From: Clostridia bacterium
Lineage (GTDB): Bacteria; Bacillota; Clostridia; Oscillospirales; CAG-272
Direction of reading: 5' to 3'
NCBI GenBank assembly: GCA_017958705.1
Contig: JAGDCE010000030.1
Coordinates: 1-43,050, forward strand
DNA: 43,050 nt
In this document: one piece after another, positions 18,270-27,063 of the stretch
Position numbering within the stretch: position 1 is the stretch's first letter
How the letters are laid out: each line of letters begins with the position of its first letter
Made by a program: the position numbers and the translations under genes
Notes under the pieces: model-generated
What the model saw: only the letters and a program-made list of their open reading frames with translations
What the model was told of the DNA's origin: nothing
The model's database searches: none

Positions 18270-19964
18270 TCATTGTATTCCTTTCGGTTTGTTATCTTTA
18301 TCCTTGATCATTTCTGCGGCCGTTTCCATGACATTCCGCGTTATCTGAACGCCGCCGATGATACGCGCAAGCTCGTTTATGCGCTCTTCTCTGTCAAGTG
18401 TCCGGCAGAACGTCTGCGTCCTTCCGCCGACGTCAGCCTTGTATATGAGTATGTGGCTGTCGGCACACGACGCGACCTGTGCGGAATGCGTCACGGCTAT
18501 GACCTGGCATCCATCGGCAGACTTGTGTAGTCTGTCGCCGATCCGCTCGGACGTGGCGCCGGAAATGCCGGCGTCGACTTCGTCGTATATGACGGTATCT
18601 ATATCGTCCTTGCCGGCGAAAACACTTTTTATCGCGAGCATTATGCGCGACATCTCGCCGCCCGACGCGATACGGTCGATCGGCTTCATCTCGTCGCCGG
18701 TGTTCGTCGCCGCCATGAATACGACGCTGTCCGCGCCGTCCGATGAAAGCTGTTTTTTCAGCGCCACCGATATTTCGAATCTGACTTTCTGCAGATCGAG
18801 ATATTTCAGCTCATCCGAAACGGCTTTTCCGAGCGCTGCCGCGGCCGTTTTTCTCGCCTCCGTCAGGATTGCCGCTTTTGCGAGCGCCTCCGCCTTTTTC
18901 TTCTTTATTATATCGGACAGCTCGGCGATCCTGCCGTCGGCTTCCTTTATGCTTTTCAATTTATCTTTCAGCTGTGCGTGATACGCCAGTATTTCCGCGA
19001 TATCCGCGCCGTATTTGCGTTTCAGGCGGTTTATCAGGGTAAGTCTCGTCTCGATCGCGTCGAGCGTTTCCGCGGGATCCTCGCCGATACCGTCGAGCAG
19101 TTCGCGCGTCGTCTCGGCTATATCCTCTATCTCGTATCTGAAACCGTCGAGCTTTGTGATCTGCGAAGCGATCTTTTCGCTCTGCTCCGTTTCGTTTAAC
19201 GAAGTCAGCGCGTTAATCGCGGCATCGATACGTTCGCACGCCGACGGCGATTTTTCGCTGTGATAAAGATTTCTGTAAACGGACTTGACGTATTTCGCCG
19301 TCTGCTCAAGGTTCTTTATCCTCGTCTTTGCGGCGAGCAGCTCGTCCTCTTCTCCGTCTTTCAGCGAAGCATCTTCGATCTCGCCGATCTGACGGTTCAG
19401 ATCGTCCGTCAGGCGCTGTTTCTCACGCTCGTCCATTATAAGCGATCTCTGTTCGTTCACGGCGTCGTTCAACTCGTCGAAGCTCTTCCGGTAATCGGTG
19501 AGCAGTGCTTCGTCTTCCGCGTATGAATCGAGAAGTTCGAGATGCGTATCCTCGTCGAGCAGCGACGACGAAGAATTCTGACCGTGTATCGTGATCAGTT
19601 CCTTCATGATCGCACGGAGCGAGTACGCCGGCACGCTCCTGCCGTTGCATTTGATGAGGCTCCTGCCGTTCACGCCTATCTCGCGGTAAACGGAAAGCTC
19701 GCCGTCGCATGGGATGCCGTTCTCCTCGATCATTCTGATCTTCTTATCCGACAAAGCCGTAAAGACAGCGGTCACGGAAGCTGTCGTCTCGCCTGACCTG
19801 ATAAGGTCGCGGTTCGACTTGTCCCCGAGAAGAAGATTGACCGAGTCTATGATTATTGATTTACCGGCGCCCGTTTCTCCGGACAATACGGTAAAGCCGT
19901 AGTCGAATTCGATATCTACGGCTTTTATCGTCGCTACGTTTTCAATATGAAGCGAAACGAGCAT
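18270..19964 (-). CDS. recN: DNA repair protein RecN (SMC-like ATPase)
   Basis: 564 aa. Walker A GETGAGKS, long coiled-coil middle, C-terminal SGGE signature and YDEVDAGISG. Confidence 0.95.
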   Translation of the reverse strand: MLVSLHIENVATIKAVDIEFDYGFTVLSGETGAGKSIIIDSVNLLLGDKSNRDLIRSGETTASVTAVFTALSDKKIRMIEENGIPCDGELSVYREIGVNGRSLIKCNGRSVPAYSLRAIMKELITIHGQNSSSSLLDEDTHLELLDSYAEDEALLTDYRKSFDELNDAVNEQRSLIMDEREKQRLTDDLNRQIGEIEDASLKDGEEDELLAAKTRIKNLEQTAKYVKSVYRNLYHSEKSPSACERIDAAINALTSLNETEQSEKIASQITKLDGFRYEIEDIAETTRELLDGIGEDPAETLDAIETRLTLINRLKRKYGADIAEILAYHAQLKDKLKSIKEADGRIAELSDIIKKKKAEALAKAAILTEARKTAAAALGKAVSDELKYLDLQKVRFEISVALKKQLSSDGADSVVFMAATNTGDEMKPIDRIASGGEMSRIMLAIKSVFAGKDDIDTVIYDEVDAGISGATSERIGDRLHKSADGCQVIAVTHSAQVASCADSHILIYKADVGGRTQTFCRTLDREERINELARIIGGVQITRNVMETAAEMIKDKDNKPKGIQ

Positions 19965-19976
19965 ATCGGTCTCCCG

Positions 19977-20450
19977 TCATTGTGTTATGATTTCTTTCAG
20001 TATTCCCGACAATTCGACTGCATCGTCCTGCGACGGGCAGGCGATGAATATCGTGTCGTCACCGGCGATAGAGCCCACGACCTGCGGCCACCCCATAGTG
20101 TCGATCGCGGCGCAGGCGGCGTTCGCCATTCCGGCGTAAGTCCTGATCACGAGCAGGTTCGAGGCGATCGCGGTCCCGGTGACCGCGTCCGCGAGGACTC
20201 TTGCGTATTTGCTTCCCGCGGCGCTCGATCCGACGTCAGGCGCGGTATAAACGTATTCGCCGTTACCGTCGGCGGATTTGAGCAGCTGGAGTTCTCTTAT
20301 ATCGCGCGAGACCGTCGCCTGTGTTGATTCAAAGCCTTCGCGGCGCAGATGCTCCGCAAGCTCGTCCTGCGTCGATATGCGGTATTTTCCGATTATTTCA
20401 AGGATTTTCGCCTGTCTTACCTTTTTTGTTTTGATACCATTATTGTTCAT
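19977..20450 (-). CDS. argR: Arginine repressor ArgR/AhrC
   Basis: 157 aa. N-terminal wHTH (RQAKILEII...TQDELAEHLRREGFESTQATVSRDIREL) and a C-terminal oligomerisation domain (GDDTIFI). Confidence 0.92.
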   Translation of the reverse strand: MNNNGIKTKKVRQAKILEIIGKYRISTQDELAEHLRREGFESTQATVSRDIRELQLLKSADGNGEYVYTAPDVGSSAAGSKYARVLADAVTGTAIASNLLVIRTYAGMANAACAAIDTMGWPQVVGSIAGDDTIFIACPSQDDAVELSGILKEIITQ

Positions 20451-20463
20451 TTGCGGCTCCGGA

Positions 20464-21258
20464 TCATATTTTCATTTTTCTAAGCAGTGTTTTTGTGAAC
20501 GGCTCGTCGTCGAATCTGATGAGCCTGACTTTATATGGGCTCTTGCGCACGGTGACCGTTTCGCCCAGCGAAAACGGCAGATCGAGCGCTCCGTCGGATG
20601 AGATCATCACCGTCTTGTCGGGCGACGAGGCGTTTGTCAGCGCGAATTCCGTTTCGCCTCCGTATACGAAGCTGCATGACGCGCCGGTATGCGGACACAC
20701 GGGCGTCACGACCGTGCAATGCAGCTCGGGATCGAGCACCGGACCGCCGGCGGATACGTTGTAGCCGCTGCTGCCGGTAGGCGTGGAGAATATCAGCGCC
20801 GTGCAGCAGTACTCGTACGCGGGAAGCCCGTGCGCTTTGACGTCGACGGAGATCATACGCGCGGCTCGCGCTTCGGAGACGACAAAGTCGTTTAAGGCGG
20901 TATACTCTTCGCCGCGATATAAAAGCGAGAGCATCATGCGTTCGCTGTAGTGGCTGCCGTCGCCTATCTCGAGCAGTTTTTCTATGCCGTCAGGCTCGAC
21001 GGACGACAGATAGCCGACTCTGCCGAGGTTGATCCCCGCGACAGGAACGCCGCAGACCGCGGCTTTTTTCGCGACGTCGAGGATCGTTCCGTCGCCGCCG
21101 AGGACGACGGCGCAGTCGTATCCCTTGAGTCTGTCGGTGCCGTATTCCGCGATAACGTCCGCGCCGATCCCGCCGGACGCCAGCGTCTTTTTTATTTTTT
21201 CGGTTATTTTCAGATCCGGATCTTTATACAGATTCGGGATCACGGCAAATCTTTTCAA
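20464..21258 (-). CDS. nadK: NAD(+) kinase
   Basis: 264 aa. VVLGGDGTILD motif, NLGRVGYL and TPTGSSGY motifs. Confidence 0.93.
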   Translation of the reverse strand: MKRFAVIPNLYKDPDLKITEKIKKTLASGGIGADVIAEYGTDRLKGYDCAVVLGGDGTILDVAKKAAVCGVPVAGINLGRVGYLSSVEPDGIEKLLEIGDGSHYSERMMLSLLYRGEEYTALNDFVVSEARAARMISVDVKAHGLPAYEYCCTALIFSTPTGSSGYNVSAGGPVLDPELHCTVVTPVCPHTGASCSFVYGGETEFALTNASSPDKTVMISSDGALDLPFSLGETVTVRKSPYKVRLIRFDDEPFTKTLLRKMKI

Positions 21259-21283
21259 ATCCGCCTCCGTGATATATAAAAAT

Positions 21284-22015
21284 TCAGGACTGTTCCCGTT
21301 TGATGAAATACGCGATGAACTCGACGTTTCCGTCGCCGCCTTTGATCGGCGAACCGGTCGTGCCGATATGCTCGAAGCCGCACGCGGCGGCTGACGCGAC
21401 GACTTTATTTATAACGTCGTCACGGCAAGCCGGGTCGGCGATACCGTGCTTTCCGATATTTTCACGCCCCGCTTCGAACTGGGGCTTTATCAGCGATATG
21501 AATTTGCCGCCGTCCTTCAGGATCGCGTAAACGTTTTTATGAAGCAGCGTCTGCGAGATGAACGATACGTCCATGACGGCCGTGTCGCACCGCTCGCCCA
21601 AAATGCCGCCGTCCAGCGTGCGCGCGTTAAAGCCTTCGATATTGACGACTCTGGCGTCGTTTATGAGTTTTTGATCGAGCTGGCCGTGGCCGCTGTCGAT
21701 GCAGTAGACTTTTACGGCGCCGTGCTGAAGCAAACAGTCGGTAAAGCCTCCGGTCGACGCGCCTACGTCGGCGCAGACGTCTCCTGATACGTCGATGCCG
21801 AAATGATCGAGCGCGTGAGCCAGTTTGAGTCCGCCGCGGCTTACGTATCTCGGGATCTCTGTGACTGTAAGCTCGCAATCCTCCGGCAAAAGCTCCGACG
21901 GCTTGTAAACGCGGCGTCCGGATGCGAACACATTTCCCTCCGCTATGAGCGACTGAGCCGCGCTGCGGCTTTTGGCAAGCCCTTTTTCAAACAGCAGTTT
22001 GTCTGCTCTCTGCAT
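21284..22015 (-). CDS. tlyA: TlyA-family rRNA 2'-O-methyltransferase (S4 + FtsJ domains)
   Basis: 243 aa. N-terminal S4-like domain (RADKLLFEKGLAKSRSAAQSLI), YVSRGGLKL, and SAM motif DVGASTGGFTDCLL. Confidence 0.9.
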   Translation of the reverse strand: MQRADKLLFEKGLAKSRSAAQSLIAEGNVFASGRRVYKPSELLPEDCELTVTEIPRYVSRGGLKLAHALDHFGIDVSGDVCADVGASTGGFTDCLLQHGAVKVYCIDSGHGQLDQKLINDARVVNIEGFNARTLDGGILGERCDTAVMDVSFISQTLLHKNVYAILKDGGKFISLIKPQFEAGRENIGKHGIADPACRDDVINKVVASAAACGFEHIGTTGSPIKGGDGNVEFIAYFIKREQS

Positions 22016-22662
22016 TATTTCGTATCCTTGTGTTCGTTCGATTTGCGGCGGGAGAAGATGCTCAGCACTTTTGCCGCGCCGTAAACGATATTGTAGCTGT
22101 AATTCATCCCGATGGATTTACCGAGCGCCTTGCCGCCGACGGTAATGCCGGCGATCAGCGAGGTTATGATGAGGTTTCCGAAAAACTCCGAATCGGGGTC
22201 GGTAAACAACTTGACTATTATCGCCGTGCCGGTCGCACCGGAAACGACGCCCGCGATATCACCGATTACGTCGGCGCAGATATTCGTCATCTTTTCGGCG
22301 TTTTTGATGAGATAAACCCCCATGTTGCCGGCCTTCAAGCGGCGCGCCGACATCGAAACGAACGGTTTAATATCCGCTGTCGTGATCGATATCGCGACTA
22401 TATCGAACAGGATGTTTATAAGTACGAAAAGAAAAAGAATAACGAAAGCGACCGCCAGATTGAGCTTTTCGAGCACTTCCGTCGACAGAAGCGTCATAAG
22501 TACCGAGATGGCGATGCTTATCAGCGCCGCCTTGAAAGCCCATTTCCAGTTCAACGCGCCTTTCGGCTTGTTCTTTTTCTTTTTTATTCTTTTTTCCTGT
22601 TTTACTTCCTGCTCTGTCTGTTCCTGCGTACTTCGCGGAGGTGTATCTTCACGTTTATCCAA
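22015..22662 (-). CDS. oapA: 4-TM membrane protein with a Lys-rich N-terminal tail; proposed OLE-associated protein A (OapA; distant CNNM/DUF21-like look)
   Basis: 215 aa, TTG start with GAAAGG SD 8 nt upstream. Four predicted TM helices, with ADVIGDIAG in TM3. It sits immediately downstream of the long noncoding segment and upstream of tlyA-nadK-argR-recN, the position occupied by oapA in OLE loci. Confidence 0.6.
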   Translation of the reverse strand: MDKREDTPPRSTQEQTEQEVKQEKRIKKKKNKPKGALNWKWAFKAALISIAISVLMTLLSTEVLEKLNLAVAFVILFLFVLINILFDIVAISITTADIKPFVSMSARRLKAGNMGVYLIKNAEKMTNICADVIGDIAGVVSGATGTAIIVKLFTDPDSEFFGNLIITSLIAGITVGGKALGKSIGMNYSYNIVYGAAKVLSIFSRRKSNEHKDTK

Positions 22663-22689
22663 AACAAATTCCTTTCAAATACAGGGACG

Positions 22690-23285
22690 GTAACAGACTG
22701 CGTAAACCTTGCGGTATGAGGTCGAGTACGATTTCCGCATCTCCCACCTCTCGTTACCGATCGGCGGTTTCCCTTTACGGGAGAAGACCGTGCGTCGCCG
22801 TCACGGGGACTCGATTGCCTTGTGATTTCCGCACTGCAATCCGCAGTCTGCCATATTTAATTAAAAATAAACAGCCTAGGGGATTTCCCCGATCGAGAGG
22901 TCAGCCGTTTTAGCCTCTTTTGCAGCGACGGTTTCATCAGGCGATAACAGAAGGCGCCCGGCCAAGGCACCGCTGCTTTGTTCCCGAATTCGCCGGAACC
23001 ACTCAAGGCAGGCTACGCTATCCACAGCAACACGCACCGCGTGATAGGTTTAATCCTCTGCCCGTAATATGTCTTCGCATGTACGTCAATACCACAAGCA
23101 AAGGCCTCCATGGTAAGAGGGTCGCCACCGCATGCCGTTGCGGCACGCCCTCAGACCTATCTCCCAGCACCCACCCCAAACTGGGCGTAAGAAGCAAGCA
23201 CAAGGAGCTTCATCGATATGCCCTTTGACGGATTTTTAGGCCCGTCCTCAAACGGCTTCTCTCAAACTAGGATACTGCACCGTCT
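22690..23285 (-). ncRNA. ole: Probable OLE (ornate, large, extremophilic) RNA, about 600 nt; ends approximate
   Basis: The 699 nt gap between the ispA stop (23362) and the oapA-like start (22662) has no credible ORF. It holds many strong local hairpins on the minus strand (e.g. GCGTGCCG-caa-CGGCATGC, GGGG-aaat-CCCC, ACTGC-ggatt-GCAGT, TCCC-gtaaa-GGGA) and an internal AU-rich tract. The synteny nusB..xseA-xseB-ispA-[RNA]-4TM protein-tlyA-nadK-argR-recN matches the published OLE neighbourhood. No covariance-model search was possible. Confidence 0.6.
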
Positions 23286-23290
23286 TTTAT

Positions 23291-23318
23291 ATTATACAAC
23301 ACTTTTCAGTAAATGCAA
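23291..23318 (-). promoter_or_regulatory. Candidate sigma-A promoter in front of the OLE-like RNA
   Basis: The minus strand reads TTGCAT (23318-23313), a 16 nt spacer, then TATAAT (23296-23291). It lies 44 nt after the ispA stop, with no hairpin terminator between, so read-through from ispA is also possible. Confidence 0.4.
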
Positions 23319-23361
23319 GATAAAAATGCAAAAAAACGAATAAATTTTCAAAAAATAAGTC

Positions 23362-24249
23362 TTATTTCCGTCTATGAAGCAGAAAATCCGCAAGCTCGCA
23401 CAGTTCCGCTGCGCGTCTGCCGAACTTTTCAAGCGCCGATTTCGCCTTATTCGTCAGCTGTGCGGCGAGATTCTGGGCTTCCTCGAGCGTCATATACGAT
23501 AAAACCGTCGTCTTGCCGTTTTTTTCGTCCGAGCCGACAGGCTTTCCGAATTCGCTCTGATCCGCTATGACGTCAAGTATGTCGTCTCTGATCTGGAACG
23601 CCCAGCCCACGCACGCGCAATATTCATCGCAAAGACGGTAAGTCTCCGCGTCTTCGCATCCGGCGGCGGAAAGTCCGAGCCTCGCCGTGCAGCGCAGCAG
23701 CGCGCCGGTCTTCAGTGCGTTCATTTTCTCGTATTCGCGACGGTCGAGCGGCTTGCTCTCACCGATCATATCCATGACCTGACCGCCGACCATGCCTTTG
23801 TAGCCGGCAAGCTCCGACAGAGCCTTAATGGCTGAGACTTTGGCTTTATCCGTCGCGCCGGAATCGGCGATTATCTCAAAAGCGTACGTCAGAAGTCCGT
23901 CGCCGGCGAGCGTCGCCGTCGCTTCACCGAATACCTTATGGTTCGTCGGTTTTCCGCGCCTCAGATCGTCGTTGTCCATGCACGGCAGATCGTCATGTAT
24001 GAGCGAGTACGTATGTACGCATTCGAGCGCGCACGCGAAATCGAGGGCGCGGCTGTCAAAACGGTCCGCGCCGCAAAGCTCGGAAAACAGCAGCGTCATA
24101 AAAGGTCTGATCCTTTTGCCGCCGTTTTTCACGCTGTATCCCATCGCCTCGGTTATGACCGGGTAATCGGGATCGTAATTTGAAAGGAGCTCGCCGAGAC
24201 GCGCGTTGACTTTTACGTTATATTCCTTCAGTTTTTCTTCGATGCTCAT
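23362..24249 (-). CDS. ispA: Farnesyl/geranyl diphosphate synthase (polyprenyl synthetase family)
   Basis: 295 aa. First Asp-rich motif LIHDDLPCMDNDDLRRG and second Asp-rich motif FQIRDDILD. Confidence 0.92.
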   Translation of the reverse strand: MSIEEKLKEYNVKVNARLGELLSNYDPDYPVITEAMGYSVKNGGKRIRPFMTLLFSELCGADRFDSRALDFACALECVHTYSLIHDDLPCMDNDDLRRGKPTNHKVFGEATATLAGDGLLTYAFEIIADSGATDKAKVSAIKALSELAGYKGMVGGQVMDMIGESKPLDRREYEKMNALKTGALLRCTARLGLSAAGCEDAETYRLCDEYCACVGWAFQIRDDILDVIADQSEFGKPVGSDEKNGKTTVLSYMTLEEAQNLAAQLTNKAKSALEKFGRRAAELCELADFLLHRRK

Positions 24250-24446
24250 TTCACTTCTTCCTCTGTCAGCATCTTTACTTTCTTCTGCGCGTCGTCGAGT
24301 ATCCCGTTCGCTTTTTTGATAAGCGTCACGCCTTCTTCAAAAAGCGAGAGCGACTTGTCGAGCGGAGTATTCGTGTTTTCGAGCAGCGCGACAATCTCGT
24401 TGATGCGCGCGGTCATTTCTTCAAAACTCATCTCATCATTTTTCAT
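24246..24446 (-). CDS. xseB: Exodeoxyribonuclease VII small subunit
   Basis: 66 aa, FEEMTARINEIVALLEN...LSLFEEGVTLIKKANGIL is typical XseB. Overlaps xseA and ispA. Confidence 0.9.
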   Translation of the reverse strand: MKNDEMSFEEMTARINEIVALLENTNTPLDKSLSLFEEGVTLIKKANGILDDAQKKVKMLTEEEVK

Positions 24447-25647
24447 TCAAAAACACCTCGTCTACGGTCGAGCTGACCGTGCCGTCCTTCATCGTAATCT
24501 TTATCCTGTCGCCTGCGGAAAGCTCCGCGGCGCACGTTCCGCGCCTGCCGTCCTTCTCAACGTATGCATATCCGTTTGCCAGAACGCGAAGTGGGCTCGA
24601 CGCCTGAAGCTTTGCCGCCGCCGTCTCGAAATCCTTTTTCCGCCTCAGCCGTATTATATTCAGTTTATCTGCGATACGCGTGCTCACCGAATCGAGTGAA
24701 ACGCGTCTGTCCGCTATGAAGTTGTCAAGCGACGTCAGCGCGCGCGACGTCCGCATGCGCTCGAGCTTCGTCCTCTGCGCCGTCAGCGTCTTGTTGACCG
24801 ACGCGATCATCGCGTCACGCTGTGCTGAAAGTTTATGCTTCAGCGCGGCTTTGTCAGGCGTCGACAATTCGGCGGCGTGAGAGGGCGTGGACGCGCGCAC
24901 GTCCGCGGCAAAGTCGCAGACGGTGAAATCCGTCTCGTGCCCTACCGCTGAGATCACCGGTATCTGCGAGCCGCGCACGGCGTAGGCGACCTCCTCGGTA
25001 TTGAACGGCTGCAGATCCTCTATCGATCCGCCGCCGCGGCCGATTATGATCACGTCGACGTGTTCTTTCGTATTGAAATACGAGATGCCGTCGACGAGCG
25101 TTTTGACCGCCGCCGCTCCCTGCACTGACGCGGGATAGACCGAAAGCTCGCAAAGCGGATAGCGGCTCGTCGCAATGTTGATTATGTCCCTCACCGCGGC
25201 GCCGGTCTGCGAGGTTATCACGCCGATCTTCTGCGGATACTGCGGCAGAGGTCTTTTCAGTTTTTCCGAAAACAGCCCTTCCGCTTCAAGCTTTTTCCTT
25301 ATCCGCTCGGCTTCTATATACAGCGCGCCGATCCCGTCCGGGATGATGTCGCTGACGTACAACTGATATCTGCCGTCCTGCGGATATACGCTTATCCTTC
25401 CGGTGCACAGCACCTTCATGCCGTTTTCCGGCTTCATCCGCAGATTGACGTTCTGGAATCTGAACATCACGCATTTGAGCTGCGCGCCGGCGTCCTTCAG
25501 CGTGAAGTACATATGCCCGCTCGCGAAATGGTGATTGAAGTTCGAGATCTCTCCGCTTACCGCGACGCTGCCGAGATACGGCGAGTTGTCTATCGTCAAT
25601 TTGATTATTTCCGTAAGCTCAGTTACGGTCATCGTTCTTTTATCCAT
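24436..25647 (-). CDS. xseA: Exodeoxyribonuclease VII large subunit
   Basis: 403 aa. N-terminal OB fold (VSGEISNFNHHFASGHMYFTLKD) and catalytic core (IIGRGGGSIEDL, ISAVGHETDFT). Confidence 0.93.
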   Translation of the reverse strand: MDKRTMTVTELTEIIKLTIDNSPYLGSVAVSGEISNFNHHFASGHMYFTLKDAGAQLKCVMFRFQNVNLRMKPENGMKVLCTGRISVYPQDGRYQLYVSDIIPDGIGALYIEAERIRKKLEAEGLFSEKLKRPLPQYPQKIGVITSQTGAAVRDIINIATSRYPLCELSVYPASVQGAAAVKTLVDGISYFNTKEHVDVIIIGRGGGSIEDLQPFNTEEVAYAVRGSQIPVISAVGHETDFTVCDFAADVRASTPSHAAELSTPDKAALKHKLSAQRDAMIASVNKTLTAQRTKLERMRTSRALTSLDNFIADRRVSLDSVSTRIADKLNIIRLRRKKDFETAAAKLQASSPLRVLANGYAYVEKDGRRGTCAAELSAGDRIKITMKDGTVSSTVDEVFLNEK

Positions 25648-26566
25648 TTATAAACCTGTCGTAAGTTATGAGAGCCGTCCCCGCGGCGTTGTCCGCCGAG
25701 AACGCCGGCTCCGCGAAATACGCGCCGTATTTTTCAGTAAAATACTTTCTCAGCATAGAGTTAGACGATACTCCGCCGGAAAACAGGACCGGCAGATTTT
25801 CATCGTGTAAAGCGTTATCTGTCATCGCGGCGACGGTCCGTTTTATGTATTCGATTATATACGCGGCAACGAATTCGGGCGGCTCTTTGCCGTCGATCAG
25901 CTTCTTCGCCTTGTTCTCCACCCCGGAAAGATTGCATCTGCAGCCGTTAACACTGATCTTAATCTGCGGCATCTTTCCAGTGAAGCCCGCCGCAAGTTCG
26001 TCGATGCGCCTGCCGCACGGGAACGGGAGCCCGAGCATGACGCCGACGCGGTCGATTATCTGACCGGCCGTAACGTCAAGCGTTCCGCCCTTGATCTCGC
26101 AGTCGTAGGATGCGCCGTTTTTTGTAACTTTCAGAAGTTCAAACGTGCCGCCGGACAGATGATACGCGTAAAACCGCCCGGTATCGGGCATTTTTGACGA
26201 ATAGACCGCCGCTTTTATATGTCCTTCCTGATGCGATGAGGTATAGACCGGGACTTTCAGCGCCCGGCCGACCGCCGCGGCTGACGCTTCTCCGCACAGA
26301 AAGCACGGCATGTACGAGCCTTCAACGTTTCTCGGCCTGTCGCTGTATCCGACCGCAGAAACCGTCGACAGATCGGTCGTAAGCCGCTCATACGCGCGCG
26401 GCAGATTTACCGTGTGGGCAAACACCGCGTCGCTCTGACGCAGACCGACGCCGCCGTCTTTTACAGGCAGCGGCAGTTTGATATTCTCGATTATCACGCC
26501 GTCGCGGCAGACGGCCAGTGACGTCGTATAATTGCTCGTATCGATGCCGAGCACGGTCACGCTCAT
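25640..26566 (-). CDS. Kae1/TsaD (glycoprotease, peptidase M22) family paralog
   Basis: 308 aa. It aligns by eye to TsaD: GIDTSNYTTS (vs GIETSCDET), SHQEGH (HxxxH metal site), YHLSGGTFELL, GQIIDRVGVMLGLPFPCG, FSGGVSSNSMLR, SADNAAG. It is shorter and more divergent than canonical TsaD. Confidence 0.7.
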   Translation of the reverse strand: MSVTVLGIDTSNYTTSLAVCRDGVIIENIKLPLPVKDGGVGLRQSDAVFAHTVNLPRAYERLTTDLSTVSAVGYSDRPRNVEGSYMPCFLCGEASAAAVGRALKVPVYTSSHQEGHIKAAVYSSKMPDTGRFYAYHLSGGTFELLKVTKNGASYDCEIKGGTLDVTAGQIIDRVGVMLGLPFPCGRRIDELAAGFTGKMPQIKISVNGCRCNLSGVENKAKKLIDGKEPPEFVAAYIIEYIKRTVAAMTDNALHDENLPVLFSGGVSSNSMLRKYFTEKYGAYFAEPAFSADNAAGTALITYDRFING

Positions 26567-27006
26567 TCCGTTTTTTCCTTGTCTTTCAGCGCGGCGTTAA
26601 GGATGCCGTTGATGAACGCCGGCGCGGCTTCCGTGTCGTACTTTTTCGCCAGCTCAACCGCCTCGTTTATCGCGACCGCGACCGGGACGTCGTCGATATG
26701 CTCCGCCTCGTATAAGCAAAGCCGCATGATCGAAAGAGACATGCGCGATATCCTGCCGAGTTTCCAGCCGACGGCGTATTCGGAAATCGTGCCGTCAAGC
26801 TGCTGCACGTCGTGTACGACGCCGAAGAACACGGTACGCACGTACGGATCGTCCTCGTATCCGACAGATTGAAGCGCCGCGTTGTAATAATCCTCAAGCG
26901 CCTCCCCGTCGTTCTCGGTGTTGAAAGTGTAACCGAACAGCAGACGGAGCGCGATCTCGCGCAGCGCGGTCCTGGTGACCTTCTTCTTTTCTTCTTTCAT
27001 TGACAT
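26563..27006 (-). CDS. nusB: Transcription antitermination factor NusB
   Basis: 147 aa. TRTALREIALRLLF..., RMSLSIMRLCLYE, AINEAVELAKKY and FINGILN are typical NusB. ATG 27000 is an alternative start. Confidence 0.9.
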   Translation of the reverse strand: MSMKEEKKKVTRTALREIALRLLFGYTFNTENDGEALEDYYNAALQSVGYEDDPYVRTVFFGVVHDVQQLDGTISEYAVGWKLGRISRMSLSIMRLCLYEAEHIDDVPVAVAINEAVELAKKYDTEAAPAFINGILNAALKDKEKTE

Positions 27007-27025
27007 TTCGTCTCCTGATATAACT

Positions 27026-27063
27026 CAAAACAAGCCCGGGCGGTATTCATACCGTCCGAGCTT
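27026..27063 (-). terminator. Intrinsic-terminator-like hairpin between the lipoprotein gene and nusB
   Basis: 14 bp imperfect stem AAGCTCGGACGGTA / TACCGCCCGGGCTT (minus-strand reading; 27063-27050 / 27045-27032), tetraloop TGAA, followed by GTTTTG. It ends about 20 nt before the nusB start. Confidence 0.55.

Noticed and set aside
17051-18300. T-box riboswitch upstream of tyrS
   Set aside because: There is no intergenic space (1 nt between the recN stop and the tyrS start). No AGAGA/GNUGGNA/T-box-like sequence block was seen. This is recorded as an absence.
22641-23228. Two + strand ORFs (90 and 102 aa) inside the ispA-oapA gap
   Set aside because: Arg/Pro/Cys-rich, with no SD and in the opposite orientation to the whole cluster. 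The region is better explained as a structured minus-strand RNA.
22663-23361. RNase P RNA or tmRNA as the identity of the long noncoding segment
   Set aside because: Neither strand has GAGGAAAGUCC (the RNase P P4 signature). There is no tRNA-like acceptor/T-arm ending in CCA and no tag-peptide reading frame typical of tmRNA. The size (about 600 nt) and synteny fit OLE better.
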